Shown: positions 37,660 to 47,846 of the stretch, piece by piece | Position numbering within the stretch: position 1 is the first letter of the stretch | How the letters are laid out: each line of letters begins with the position of its first letter | The notes under the pieces: generated by a model | What the model was told of the DNA's origin: nothing | The model's database searches: none | Seen by the model: the letters and a program-made list of their open reading frames with translations, nothing else | DNA from: Candidatus Hydrogenedentota bacterium | Lineage (GTDB): Bacteria > Hydrogenedentota > Hydrogenedentia > Hydrogenedentales > SLHB01 | DNA: 64,000 nt | Direction: 5' to 3' | Assembly (NCBI GenBank): GCA_963745075.1 | Contig: CAVUWV010000023.1 | Span: 40,618-104,617, forward strand | Program-made: the position numbers and the translations under genes

Positions 37660-38643
37660 CTATGGGGAGACCCCCGCAGGCTGGCGTCCGTAGTGGTAGG
37701 CGATGAGCATGAAAAATTGCAGGCCGAACATGAGCGATGCCAGCACGAGGTGGACGGGTTGCAGGAAGGCCGGGATCGCCAGGTAGTACATGGCGGCGCC
37801 GGCGGCGATCTCGATGACGATGATCGCCATTAAGGCCGCCGCACAACGACTGAGCAGTCGTGACGCGCCCCCCGGCTTCCAGACGACCGCAGCGACTGCG
37901 GCGTTCGCGGCGAGCAATACGAGCGAGAAGGACCGGTGCACGAGGACGCTCGTACCTACACTCTCCATCCAGAGGGCGCGGTTCTCCGCGCCGAAGGCTT
38001 TGGCGATTTCGTCGACGTGTTCCCGCACCTGCGTGCCGAGTACGACTTGCATGAGGGAGAGGATCAGAACGATCACCAAAAGTGGCGCAAGCATCGCGCG
38101 CGGTTGGGTTTCGACAGCGGAAAGACGGTCGTGTTGTGACCGCGCAATGGCGTAGATGAGCATGGCCACGAGGACCAGGGCGACAACCATGTGCACGGTG
38201 ATCATCAACGGCACGAGATTGGACGCGACGACCAGAGAACCCAACCATCCCTGAAAACCCACGAGCAAAAACGATGCGAAACTCAATACGGTCACCCAGA
38301 CGTCGGTGCGCAGGTAACCGAATGAAACGACGAGAGTCAGGAAGATGAGAAAGCCGATGGTGACGCCGACCAGCCGATTGACGTATTCGGTCCAGGTTTT
38401 CACCACGTTGAACGTGGTGTCGGCGTAGCCACGCTCGGCGTAAATCTCCTGATAGTTTGCGGGCAATTGCGAGACATCCGTCGGGGGCACCCATCGCCCG
38501 AAGCATGTTGGCCAGTCGGGGCAGCCCATGCCGGAACCCGAGGCCCGGACGATCCCGCCCACGAGGATCAGGAAGTAGACGGCCGCGATCGTAACGATGC
38601 CGACGATGCGAAAGGCGCGGGGTGTGAAAAACGTACTGCTCAT
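37660..38643 (-). CDS. ctaA: Heme A synthase COX15/CtaA family
   Basis: LVGGIVR.SGSGMGCPDWPTCFG, W.EYVNRL.G, QGWLG..VV, HM, HR, QPVHL. Confidence 0.9.
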   Translation of the reverse strand: MSSTFFTPRAFRIVGIVTIAAVYFLILVGGIVRASGSGMGCPDWPTCFGRWVPPTDVSQLPANYQEIYAERGYADTTFNVVKTWTEYVNRLVGVTIGFLIFLTLVVSFGYLRTDVWVTVLSFASFLLVGFQGWLGSLVVASNLVPLMITVHMVVALVLVAMLIYAIARSQHDRLSAVETQPRAMLAPLLVIVLILSLMQVVLGTQVREHVDEIAKAFGAENRALWMESVGTSVLVHRSFSLVLLAANAAVAAVVWKPGGASRLLSRCAAALMAIIVIEIAAGAAMYYLAIPAFLQPVHLVLASLMFGLQFFMLIAYHYGRQPAGVSP

Positions 38644-38684
38644 GGTTGAACTCCCATCCGGTGCGCGCGAACCGCAGCCGGATG

Positions 38685-40067
38685 CTATGACGAGGATTCG
38701 AGAATGTCCAGCATCTCCTGGATGCGGGCGAACTTCTCCCGGGGTTTTCCTTTCAATTTGCCCCGTTCGATCTCGGCGTCGTCGATGCGTTGCCAATCCA
38801 TGAAGGTGACGTGGCGAATCTTGCGCGACTCGAGGAGTTCGAGCAGTTCGACGCCGTCGCGGTGCGCGCAGGGCTTGAGATTGGGCATATCTTCGAGCAG
38901 GGCCTTGACGGTAGCCTGGCTGTCCGGCTTGTTGGTGCCGATGACACCGCTGGGGCCGCGCTTGATCCACCCCACGACGTAACGGCCAGGCTGCACGGCG
39001 CTCTCGAGCACCACGCGGCCGTCGAGATTCGGGATGACACCGCGGCGTTCGTCAAAGGGTACGCCCGGAATCGCGACGCCCCGGTATCCTACGCTTCGGA
39101 ACACCAAACCGCAGGGTAATTCTTCCAGCGCTCCGGTGCCGACGGCTTTTAGTTTGAAGGGTTCGCCTTCCAACCGGTTCCGTTCGAGCACGATCGATTC
39201 CACGCGGTCGGCGCCGCGGATCTCTTTGGGACTCTGGAAGAAGTGGATGTGGTATCGGCGCTGTTTGGACGGTTCGCCGCGTTCGGCGAAGGATTGCAGC
39301 ACCTTCATATTTTTTTTGGCGTGCTGATTCTTCGGATCGTCCAACTCGGCTTGGCTGGCGGGGTCCAGGTCGAGGTCGGCAGGCGCGAGGACGGGGTCGC
39401 AGTCCTCGAGTTCCCCGATTTCCTTGATCTCGGGCTGGGTGAACTTGGCCTGGACGGGTCCGCGGCGTCCGATAAGATGGATGGTGCGGACCTTGCTCTC
39501 GGCCAGGACCTCGAGGGCGTGTTCGGCGATGTCGGTTTCCCGCAGTTCGTGGACGGTTTTGGACAGGATGCGGCTCACATCCATGGCGACGTTGCCTTGG
39601 CCGATGACGACGGCCACTTCGGCGGACATATCGAACTCGCGGTCCCGGTAGTCGGGATGCCCGTTGTACCAGCCCACAAATTCGGTGGCCGTGTGGCTGC
39701 CTTTCAGGTCTTCACCGGGGATGTCGAGGCGGTTATCGGTCTCCGCGCCGCTGGCGAAGATGATGGCGTCGTAGAAGCGGCCCAGTTCTTCGACCGTCAC
39801 GTCGCGGCCGATCGTGACGTTCCCCCAGAAGGCAAAGCCGGGCGCTCCGGCGATCTTGTTGTAGACGCGGGTTACGCTCTTAATCTTGGGGTGGTCGGGG
39901 GCAACGCCGCCGCGGACGAGTCCGAAGGGCGTGGGTAAGCGGTCGAACATGTCGACGTGGATTTCCGGTTCCGCTTTCAGTAGGGCCTCTGCGGCGTAGA
40001 AGCCGCTCGGTCCACTGCCCACAATCGCCACCCGCAACGGTAATCTCGCGGTACCCAAGTCACTCAT
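38685..40067 (-). CDS. NADPH-ferredoxin reductase (FprA / adrenodoxin-reductase type)
   Basis: [56 protein letters not shown]. Confidence 0.9.
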   Translation of the reverse strand: MSDLGTARLPLRVAIVGSGPSGFYAAEALLKAEPEIHVDMFDRLPTPFGLVRGGVAPDHPKIKSVTRVYNKIAGAPGFAFWGNVTIGRDVTVEELGRFYDAIIFASGAETDNRLDIPGEDLKGSHTATEFVGWYNGHPDYRDREFDMSAEVAVVIGQGNVAMDVSRILSKTVHELRETDIAEHALEVLAESKVRTIHLIGRRGPVQAKFTQPEIKEIGELEDCDPVLAPADLDLDPASQAELDDPKNQHAKKNMKVLQSFAERGEPSKQRRYHIHFFQSPKEIRGADRVESIVLERNRLEGEPFKLKAVGTGALEELPCGLVFRSVGYRGVAIPGVPFDERRGVIPNLDGRVVLESAVQPGRYVVGWIKRGPSGVIGTNKPDSQATVKALLEDMPNLKPCAHRDGVELLELLESRKIRHVTFMDWQRIDDAEIERGKLKGKPREKFARIQEMLDILESSS

Positions 40068-40253
40068 GAACGCGTCCCCGTTTGCTGACAACCTTGAATC
40101 CCAGAGCGAACGAAACCCGGTAGCAGGAATTGTCCCCCCAGTTGAGAACCTGAATATAGGGGCGGTTTCGAGGGTAAGTCAAGGGGTGGCGGGAGAGGAG
40201 ATGGACGATACGGATGGCAGGGATTGGCCGGGATGAATCCCATGCGCGCAGCG

Positions 40254-40967
40254 CTAAGGCAGCTCGATCCCGTACTCCCGGAGGGCCTTTTCCGCCGCGC
40301 CGGCCCAGTCGCGGTTGGCGGCGGGACTGGCCGGGCTGGGATGTAGGATGCGACCGACGGTGTGGCTGTCCGAATCAAGGGCGGCACGGATGCGGTTTTC
40401 TGCGAAGGCGCCGACGCCGAGGAGGTAGCGGGGCCGCAGCGCCGCCACGACGCGTCGAAGGGCTTCGTCGCAGGCGTTGAAAACGGGTTCGGCCTCCGGT
40501 TTGGGCAGTTTGTCGGGGGTGCGGTTCCGGCCGCTTTCCTCCATGAAACAGAGGGGACAATAATTCACGACGAAGAACCGGGCGAAAAAGCGGTCGGCGG
40601 TCCCGAACCGGGCACGGGCCCATCCCCAGAGCCGGGTTCCGCTGACTTCGCTGCGCGGGCAGGCGAATCCGTCCACGGGGCGTTTGGGGTGTTCGTGGGG
40701 CGGTTTCTCAACCGGGGCTTCGATGCCCAGCCAGTCCCGAACCATGGCCACGTCGCCGAAGGGAACGCCCGTTTGCGCCATGCCGAAGGGTCCGGGGTTC
40801 ATCCCCAGCAGGAGCACTTCCTTGGTTCCCTGGCCGTAGCGGTCCAGGTATTGCGCGTGGGACGCCCAGGCGTAGTCAAGGGGGTTGTAGATGTGGGTGA
40901 CCGGCGGGTCGAAGTGCAGTGGTTGCAGTGCCTTAACGAGATCGCGGGAAATGGTCTTCAATGGCAT
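40254..40967 (-). CDS. SMUG1-type (family 3) uracil-DNA glycosylase
   Basis: IYNPLDYA, GMNPGPFGMAQTGVPFG, SEVSG.RLW, NYCPL.F, HPSP. Confidence 0.92.
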   Translation of the reverse strand: MPLKTISRDLVKALQPLHFDPPVTHIYNPLDYAWASHAQYLDRYGQGTKEVLLLGMNPGPFGMAQTGVPFGDVAMVRDWLGIEAPVEKPPHEHPKRPVDGFACPRSEVSGTRLWGWARARFGTADRFFARFFVVNYCPLCFMEESGRNRTPDKLPKPEAEPVFNACDEALRRVVAALRPRYLLGVGAFAENRIRAALDSDSHTVGRILHPSPASPAANRDWAGAAEKALREYGIELP

Positions 40968-41072
40968 GAAGGCAGTGTAGCAAATCGGGGCACCGGGCGC
41001 GAACGGCAACTGGACTCACGCTATGCTCGTCCACATCCTCGGAGCGCGAATTCCGGGGCATCCGTTCCAACG

Positions 41073-43010
41073 CTACCAGCCTGGCCGGGTACCGGACATG
41101 GCGGGGTCGAGCGTCAGCAAACCATTCTCATTGAGGATACCGAGTTTTTCGTCCAGGGCTGCAGCCAGCGGATCCGACGCCGCCATGCCGAGCCGTTCAC
41201 GGACCACCCGGCGCAGCCACCAGAATCCCGAGTTCCAGGAGTACAAATGATGCCCGTGGGGATGGCCGTCGACGGTGCTGATGGATTCGTGGAAGGCGGG
41301 CATGACCGCCAGTTCCTTTTCCAAACGCCAGAGCAGCTTGTCGTCGATCCACTGCGGGTCCATGCCGTGGATGAGGCCGTCGAGGTAGACGCAGGCGTCG
41401 TTCAGAAACCAGGAACCGCCGAAGACATACACGCCGCTGTGATCGGGTAACAGGTCGCCGTTCGCTTCGGAGATGACGCGCATGCCGTAGGGCGACTGAA
41501 CGCGCATGGTCGTCTCGATATGGGTCTTCACAATGTCATCCGGCAACAGCTTTTCGCCGAACACGGCGAAGGTGAGCACCTCACCGTACAGCGAATCTTG
41601 CCCGATGTGATTCTGTTGCTTGAGGCTCGTCGCCATGTACCCGCCGTCGGCGTTGAACATCCGGCGGTATCCCGCTTTCGCTTTTTCGATATCGTCGTCG
41701 GAGACGGGGAATCCCAGCCCCCGCGCCGCGATGAGCGCACCGCAATGAAAACCCTGATCCGACGACGGCGCGTCGTCATCGTCGTAGGGCAACAAATCGT
41801 GGTAAGTCTTCATGTAGGCGACGTCCGGCTTCAGCCGCGGCGGAATATATAGCCCGTCCACTTCATGGGTGCGAATGAACCGGTACGCGCGATCCACCGT
41901 GCGCATGTCGACATTGCCGCCCGCCCGCTTCACCAGCAACGACCAGATGAGGTAATACTGCGCGTTGTCCTCGTAACTGATCCGATCGTAAAACACCGCT
42001 GCATGGGCCGCCGCGTCGTAGATGGGATTGTCCAGACCGCGGCTCATGTAGAAGCCGTCCGTCACCCACTGCTTCCACCCGTACCCGACGCCGGATATGA
42101 AGATGTAATCGCTCTCCGGGCGCATTAGGTTGCGTCGCAGCAGGATATACGACGTGTTCCGCAGAATGGCCTCCAGACCCGAACCGTGAAACCGTTTCGC
42201 GTTCGCAAGCGCGACGTGCGCGGCCAGTTGCACGTCGTACATGGATTGGGCCGGCGCAGCGAAAATCCACGTCGTCCAGATCTGCGTTTGTCCGGCTTCG
42301 ATATGCTGCCATCCGTCAAATGCGGCGCGATACACCGTGGTCGCGTCCACGTCATGCGGGATCATAATCGTGCGCCGCGCGGAACCATCGCCATTCTTCA
42401 AAGACAGCCTGCGGTTCTCCCCGTCGAAGGCCATAAACGATCGGTTTTCCCAACAGCCCGGCGTGTCGCCGATAATGCCGTATAACGTATCGCCCGAAAG
42501 ACACCCCAGGAACGGAAAGGTCTGGAGCGAACCGCCGCCGAATTCCGGACCCGAACACCCGGGACTGTACGTGGCAGAAACGGCCTCCTTTCCGGTGAAC
42601 GAGTAGAAATCGCCATCCGCACTCACGTGCCAGCCGAAGTCCAGGTAGTAGCGCATGTCCGCATGCGCGGTAACCGTCACATTCCGCTCGATGAGATTTG
42701 ACGCAATCGTCCGGTAGGTCGCTTCGATCGTTAAGCCTGTAGTATGCCCATCGGTGAATGCCTCACCGTCGTTGGTTTCGTGATGCGCCGCGAACGCGAT
42801 CGGCGCGGTCATCGGTCCCGCTTTGGTCGCCACCGTGATCCGGAGTGCAGTGCTTTCTTTTCCCCCGTCAAATACCTCGCGGGCGCCGTCGTGAATCGTG
42901 GCGGTCCAGCCGTCGGCCGTATCAACCGGCGCGACACGCAGTTCCGCGCCCGCAACGAATGCCACTAGCGGCAGCACCACTCCCAGGACACCGGTTCGCA
43001 GCTTGACCAT
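41073..43010 (-). CDS. Secreted hypothetical protein, possible (alpha/alpha)6 glycoside hydrolase
   Basis: Signal peptide; beta-rich N-half; helical C-half with W.TDGFY, G.Y..GGSW..ND, FHE.I, YSWN motifs. Confidence 0.55.
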   Translation of the reverse strand: MVKLRTGVLGVVLPLVAFVAGAELRVAPVDTADGWTATIHDGAREVFDGGKESTALRITVATKAGPMTAPIAFAAHHETNDGEAFTDGHTTGLTIEATYRTIASNLIERNVTVTAHADMRYYLDFGWHVSADGDFYSFTGKEAVSATYSPGCSGPEFGGGSLQTFPFLGCLSGDTLYGIIGDTPGCWENRSFMAFDGENRRLSLKNGDGSARRTIMIPHDVDATTVYRAAFDGWQHIEAGQTQIWTTWIFAAPAQSMYDVQLAAHVALANAKRFHGSGLEAILRNTSYILLRRNLMRPESDYIFISGVGYGWKQWVTDGFYMSRGLDNPIYDAAAHAAVFYDRISYEDNAQYYLIWSLLVKRAGGNVDMRTVDRAYRFIRTHEVDGLYIPPRLKPDVAYMKTYHDLLPYDDDDAPSSDQGFHCGALIAARGLGFPVSDDDIEKAKAGYRRMFNADGGYMATSLKQQNHIGQDSLYGEVLTFAVFGEKLLPDDIVKTHIETTMRVQSPYGMRVISEANGDLLPDHSGVYVFGGSWFLNDACVYLDGLIHGMDPQWIDDKLLWRLEKELAVMPAFHESISTVDGHPHGHHLYSWNSGFWWLRRVVRERLGMAASDPLAAALDEKLGILNENGLLTLDPAMSGTRPGW

Positions 43011-43092
43011 ATTGGAATACCCTCTCCATTGAACAGTGGGACCAGTAGGGCGCGATGCCACTTTCGACAACGCACACCCTCGAGTACGGAAC

Positions 43093-43128
43093 GTCGCTGC
43101 TGTCCCTGTTGTCTCTGCGGTCCCTTCG
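43093..43128. repeat. 9-nt periodic repeat GTCnCTnnn x4
   Basis: GTCGCTGCT GTCCCTGTT GTCTCTGCG GTCCCTTCG. Confidence 0.6.
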
Positions 43129-43250
43129 CCTTCGTCGTCCAGTTTGGCCCTTGATTGCCCCCAGGCAATCCACTACCCTCGCACCCAGTGACGTCCATTA
43201 TAGCCGCGCGATGCGCGTCGTGCGCTATCCGCCGTGAAAGGGTCTCCGGA

Positions 43251-44576
43251 ATGGACATTTCTCGCCACCGCATTTCCCGCCGGTCCGCATTAAAGACGCT
43301 GGCCGCCGCCACCGGCCCGATGATTCTCCCCGCTGGCGTGTTTGGAGCCGCCGCGCCACCGAACCGGATTACAGTCGGCATGATCGGCGTGGGCCGGCAG
43401 GCGCGTCATGCGAACGTGCCGCCCTTTCTCCGGTCGCCGGATACGGTGGTCGTGGCGGTCTGCGACGTCGACCGGTGGCGGCTGGATAACGCCAAGCAAA
43501 GCGTGGACGAGCACTACGGAAACACCGACTGCGCCGCGTACCGGGACTTTCGCGAGGTGATCGCCCGCGACGACATCGACGCGGTCATGGTCAGCACGGC
43601 GGATCATTGGCACGTGCCCATCTCGCTGGCCGCGGTTCGCGCCGGAAAACATGTCTCCTGCGAAAAACCCTTGACCCTCTCCATCGCGGAAGGCCGCATC
43701 CTCGCCGATGCCGTAAAGCAGGCGGGCGTAACGTTTCGCACCGACAGCGAATGCCGTTCCCATCCCGACATGCACCGGGCCGCCGAACTGGTCCGCAACG
43801 GCTGTATCGGCGCGCTGAAACGCATCGAAGTCACCGTGCCCACGGGAGACGAACCCGGCGGCAACGCCGAACCCATGCCGGTGCCGGCGGAACTGGATTA
43901 CGAACTCTGGGTGGGCCCCGCGCCGCTGCATCCCTACACGCTCGATCGCGTGCATCCCGTGCAAGACTACACGCGCCCCGGCTGGATGCGGTGCCGCGAC
44001 ACCTGCGAAGGCATGATCACGAATTGGGGCGCTCATCTCCTGGACGTCGCCCAACTCGCCCACAACAGCGAACACACCGGTCCCGTCGAGGTCGAAGCCA
44101 CGGGCACCTATCCCGAGCCGGGTTCGGGACTCTGGAACGTACTCCTGAATTTCGAGGCGCACCTGCGCTATGCCGACGGCGTTCCCCTCGACTATCGCAC
44201 GGCCGACGCGCCCTACGTCCGGTTTGAAGGCGAAGACGGCTGGATTCAGAGCACGTGGTTTCCCGGAGGCGATCTGAAAGCGGGACTGACGGCAAGTTCG
44301 GACGACCTGCTGCGCATCGAACTCGGCGACGACGCCGTGCGCATTCCACGCCGCGAAGACAAGGAAGATTTCATCTACGGCATCAAGACCGGCGAGCCGA
44401 CCATGGCCGACGCGGAAATCGGCCATCGCACCTGTTCCATCGGACAGATCGCCCACATCGCCATCCAGATCGGCCATAAACTCGAATGGGATCCCAAGAA
44501 CGAACGCTTCTCCCACGACGACGAAGCCAACGCAAGACTGATCCGCCCCATCCGCGGCGACTGGATGAAGGTGTAA
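43251..44576 (+). CDS. Gfo/Idh/MocA family oxidoreductase, Tat-exported
   Basis: SRRSALK Tat motif; IGVGRQA, DIDAV.VST.DHWH, CEKPL, NWGAHLLD. Confidence 0.92.
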   Translation: MDISRHRISRRSALKTLAAATGPMILPAGVFGAAAPPNRITVGMIGVGRQARHANVPPFLRSPDTVVVAVCDVDRWRLDNAKQSVDEHYGNTDCAAYRDFREVIARDDIDAVMVSTADHWHVPISLAAVRAGKHVSCEKPLTLSIAEGRILADAVKQAGVTFRTDSECRSHPDMHRAAELVRNGCIGALKRIEVTVPTGDEPGGNAEPMPVPAELDYELWVGPAPLHPYTLDRVHPVQDYTRPGWMRCRDTCEGMITNWGAHLLDVAQLAHNSEHTGPVEVEATGTYPEPGSGLWNVLLNFEAHLRYADGVPLDYRTADAPYVRFEGEDGWIQSTWFPGGDLKAGLTASSDDLLRIELGDDAVRIPRREDKEDFIYGIKTGEPTMADAEIGHRTCSIGQIAHIAIQIGHKLEWDPKNERFSHDDEANARLIRPIRGDWMKV

Positions 44577-44623
44577 TTGGAGCCATTGCCTCACTGTTGA
44601 TGAACACTTGCCGACAGGTGGTG

Positions 44624-44863
44624 TCACTGCTCGCCGCCATCGGAATTCTCGCCGTCACCGGCTTCGGTCGCCGCCCGGGAACGCGCAATTTTGCGTTCGA
44701 CCAGGTATTCGAAGAATCTCAGACTTCCATACACCGCGCCACAGATAAGCGCGAACAGAATCGCGATTTCAAACAGGATTGTGTCGCGAATCACCAGCAG
44801 CACTATGACGACAATCACGAGTAATCGGATCTGCTTGAGGAGCTTCTCTGTGTTGTCGTGCAT
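44624..44863 (-). CDS. Small membrane hypothetical protein
   Basis: Two hydrophobic helices; GAGGGG RBS; co-oriented with upstream genes. Confidence 0.55.
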   Translation of the reverse strand: MHDNTEKLLKQIRLLVIVVIVLLVIRDTILFEIAILFALICGAVYGSLRFFEYLVERKIARSRAATEAGDGENSDGGEQ

Positions 44864-44873
44864 AACAACCCCC

Positions 44874-45200
44874 TCACACGATATTCCCCGAATACCGACC
44901 GTCCGGCAGGCCGTCTTCCGAGTCGACCGCGTTGACGATCGCGACGAGTTCCTCCTGCGCGATAGTCCCTTTCGAGACCAGCAGCTGGATAACCGCCGTG
45001 AGGTACAACCGCAGCTCGTCGTTTTCCCGTTCCAACGCGCGGACCTCGCGCTCCACCGGCCCGAGGTCTACGAGACGATCTCCGCTCGGCGTTCGCCGTT
45101 GAGCCAGTTCGTGCCGAAGTTGGTCGATCTCCACTTTCTGATCGGAGAGATCGAGTTGCTGACCGAGGTTTCCCAACAATAAAAATCGACCCCAACCCAT
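44874..45200 (-). CDS. Conserved hypothetical coiled-coil protein
   Basis: GAGGAGG RBS; MGWGR.LLLG.LGQQLD...LERENDELRLYL...D.EDG..DG. Confidence 0.7.
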   Translation of the reverse strand: MGWGRFLLLGNLGQQLDLSDQKVEIDQLRHELAQRRTPSGDRLVDLGPVEREVRALERENDELRLYLTAVIQLLVSKGTIAQEELVAIVNAVDSEDGLPDGRYSGNIV

Positions 45201-45230
45201 GAGTCCTCCTCTCTGGTCATTACTGCGTGG

Positions 45231-46178
45231 CTACGACGTTTGCGCGGCTTCCCGGGCCTCGCGAATCTCCGTTAAGCGATCGCCGAGGCGGGCAATATCG
45301 GCGTCAGTCATAGTGCTTTTGACCTGTTCCAGCATGGATTTGAAGTACGGAATCTCCGCGGTAGCTTCTTGCGGGAAACCGACATTCCCCGTGCCCGGCG
45401 CGTCGGAGGTCACGAGCACCTTCCCGTCGCCGTCGAGAAACGCGAACCACGGGATGCCCCCGCTGCCTTCACTGCGAAGCCCGGCGATGACCTCTTTTGC
45501 GCCGGGCATCCGATCCTGATCGATCTTGACGACCACGAAATCTTTCTCGAGAATCGCGTCAATGTCGGGTTCGGTGACGTAAGCGTCCATTCGGTGGCAC
45601 CAGCCGCACCATGGCGCGCCCACGCGAACGAATACCTTTTTGTTCACCGCTTTCGCCCGGGTGATGGCGCCGTTCAACACGTCCCCCGCGTTGGCCGGTT
45701 CGGGCGCCCACTTCTCCAAAAACGCGGCGACCTTTTCGGGATCGTGTTTGGGACCCTCTTCAAGGGCGCCGGTTTCCTGGTCGGTCAGCTTGTTCCCGGC
45801 GGGATCCAACACCGTCAGGTACGGAACGCCCTGCGGTTGGATTTCCCATTTTTCGAGGACGGCTTGGTCCGCCTTACTCTCAACCATCACCAGGACGTAG
45901 TTTTCATGAAGCAGCGGACGCAACGTGTCGTTTTCGGACAAGACTTCGTGGAGCAGATGACACCACCCGCACCAGTTCCCGCCGGTCATGAGGAGCACGT
46001 TTTTGTGATCGCGCTGCGCCTCGGCCAGGGCCTGTTCCACCCGGTCCATGCCCTTGCCGTCTTCCGGGTAGATAGGCTTGCGACCCGCCGCACTGGCGGC
46101 ATACACTACGCTGATCCCTCCGAACAACGCGACGACCAGTATGGTCGTCCAACTGCGGGCTCGCGGTAACGTATACAC
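45231..46178 (-). CDS. Exported tandem thioredoxin-domain protein
   Basis: Signal peptide; two WCGWCH motifs with GVPY and GIPW cis-Pro loops. Confidence 0.85.
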   Translation of the reverse strand: MYTLPRARSWTTILVVALFGGISVVYAASAAGRKPIYPEDGKGMDRVEQALAEAQRDHKNVLLMTGGNWCGWCHLLHEVLSENDTLRPLLHENYVLVMVESKADQAVLEKWEIQPQGVPYLTVLDPAGNKLTDQETGALEEGPKHDPEKVAAFLEKWAPEPANAGDVLNGAITRAKAVNKKVFVRVGAPWCGWCHRMDAYVTEPDIDAILEKDFVVVKIDQDRMPGAKEVIAGLRSEGSGGIPWFAFLDGDGKVLVTSDAPGTGNVGFPQEATAEIPYFKSMLEQVKSTMTDADIARLGDRLTEIREAREAAQTS

Positions 46179-46268
46179 GGCAAATCCCTCCCGTTGGTTC
46201 CGAAGCTTCGGATCGATTTGGGGCACCTCGGTGCAGTCTATACTACTGCGGTATTTGCAACAACAAGA

Positions 46269-46294
46269 TGGATTCCCGCGTTCGCGGGAATGAC
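46269..46294. repeat. ATTCCC-N8/9-GGGAAT type palindromic repeat (dRS3/RPE-like), single copy
   Basis: TGGATTCCCGCGTTCGCGGGAATGAC. Confidence 0.65.
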
Positions 46295-46467
46295 GGTTTG
46301 GGCGGTGCGGGTATTGAGACCGGAGTAATACTTGTGTAAACGGTGCGGACCAATCGCTTGGCCCGAAGCGGTTTATTTCGCAGTGTATTGGCGCGTATAC
46401 TACCGTTCTTTCGAGGTGTGGAGTCATAGGCGCACGTATTACGCAATTCATTTTTTTGGAGGCCGTC

Positions 46468-47361
46468 ATGCAATTCAAATTCGAAGGTGTCGTTCCCGCG
46501 TTGCTTACGCCGTTCACCCAGGGCGGAAAATCCGTCGACTACGACCGGGCCGCCGGGTTCGCCGAGTTTCTCGCCAAGCGGGGTATTCACGGATTGTTCG
46601 TCTGCGGAACGACGGGGGAAGGCCCCCTCATGACCCTCGACGAGCGGAAGCGATTATTGGAGACCGTCGTGAAGGCCGTGGGCAGGAAGGTCAAGGTTAT
46701 CGCTCACACCGGTTGTTTCGACACCTTATCCACCGTCGAACTGACGCGGCACGCCCAAGAGGCGGGCGCCCATGCGGCAGGCGTCTTCGCGCCCGGTTTC
46801 TTCGGCTACGACGACGAAGCGCTGAAACGCCATTTCAAAGCCGTGGCCAATTCCGCGAAGAAGCTTCCGATCCTGCTGTACAACATCCCCGGCTGCGCCA
46901 AGAACGCCTTGTCCGCCAACCTCATTGTGGATCTCGCGAACAGCGTGGACAACATCGTCGGCATGAAAGACAGCAGCGGCAGCATCCAGCATTTCAATAA
47001 CGTGCTCATCCATGCACCCAACGGATTTGTCGCCATCAACGGCGTGGACGAGTATTCCATGCAGGCCCTCGTTGCGGGCGGCAGCGGCATCGTCGCGAGC
47101 ACGGCAAATGTCCTTCCCGAGTTGTTCCTCTCCATTTTCAATAACGTAAAGACGGGCAATCTGAAGAAGGCGTGGGCGAGCCAGGCGAAGCTGTCGCAGG
47201 CCTGCGGCACGTTCCGTTACGGCGCCATGGTGTCGCGTTACAAGGAAGGGGTGCGGTTGCGCGGGTTCGATCCCGGGTTCGTCCGTCCGCCGCAGCGCGA
47301 ATTGACGAACGCCGAACGCCGCACCCTCGCCAAGGAAATGCAGGAAACGGGCCTAATCTGA
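46468..47361 (+). CDS. Dihydrodipicolinate synthase / N-acetylneuraminate lyase family aldolase
   Basis: ALLTPF, GTTGEG, LYNIP, GMKDSSG. Confidence 0.9.
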   Translation: MQFKFEGVVPALLTPFTQGGKSVDYDRAAGFAEFLAKRGIHGLFVCGTTGEGPLMTLDERKRLLETVVKAVGRKVKVIAHTGCFDTLSTVELTRHAQEAGAHAAGVFAPGFFGYDDEALKRHFKAVANSAKKLPILLYNIPGCAKNALSANLIVDLANSVDNIVGMKDSSGSIQHFNNVLIHAPNGFVAINGVDEYSMQALVAGGSGIVASTANVLPELFLSIFNNVKTGNLKKAWASQAKLSQACGTFRYGAMVSRYKEGVRLRGFDPGFVRPPQRELTNAERRTLAKEMQETGLI

Positions 47362-47846
47362 CGTGAGTAGGGGGGACTTCGGTTCGGATGGCGCCGGACC
47401 ACCGAAGGGCAACAATCCCCTCGTCACGCCGGCGTGGCTGCCGCCTTCAATGAGTTCATCTCCGGAAAGTGAGGAGCGCTAAACAGGCGGGTCTTCCAAT
47501 CCGCCTTGCCGACGACGCGACCCAAGACGACCGCCTGCGTCTCATCGGGTACGAGTCGTCATGAATCGGCCATTTGCCCCGAGATGATGAAAATGGGCTG
47601 TCCGTCTCTCGCCCGGCACAAAGTAGAACGCGCCTCAGTAAGCGGAAAGGATTCCCGACGCGGGACTTCCGATCGTCTGAGTCCGCCAGCATACCGATGG
47701 GTGGTGGCTACGCACGGAGAAGGGACTGGACGGGAATCATTCCCATCCTACAAGAGCGTCCGGATACTGAACGGCGATTTTCGAAGCGGTACGAGATCGA
47801 GTACGATTGGATTGCACGTTGAACCAATGCACCCGGAGCCGCGTTT

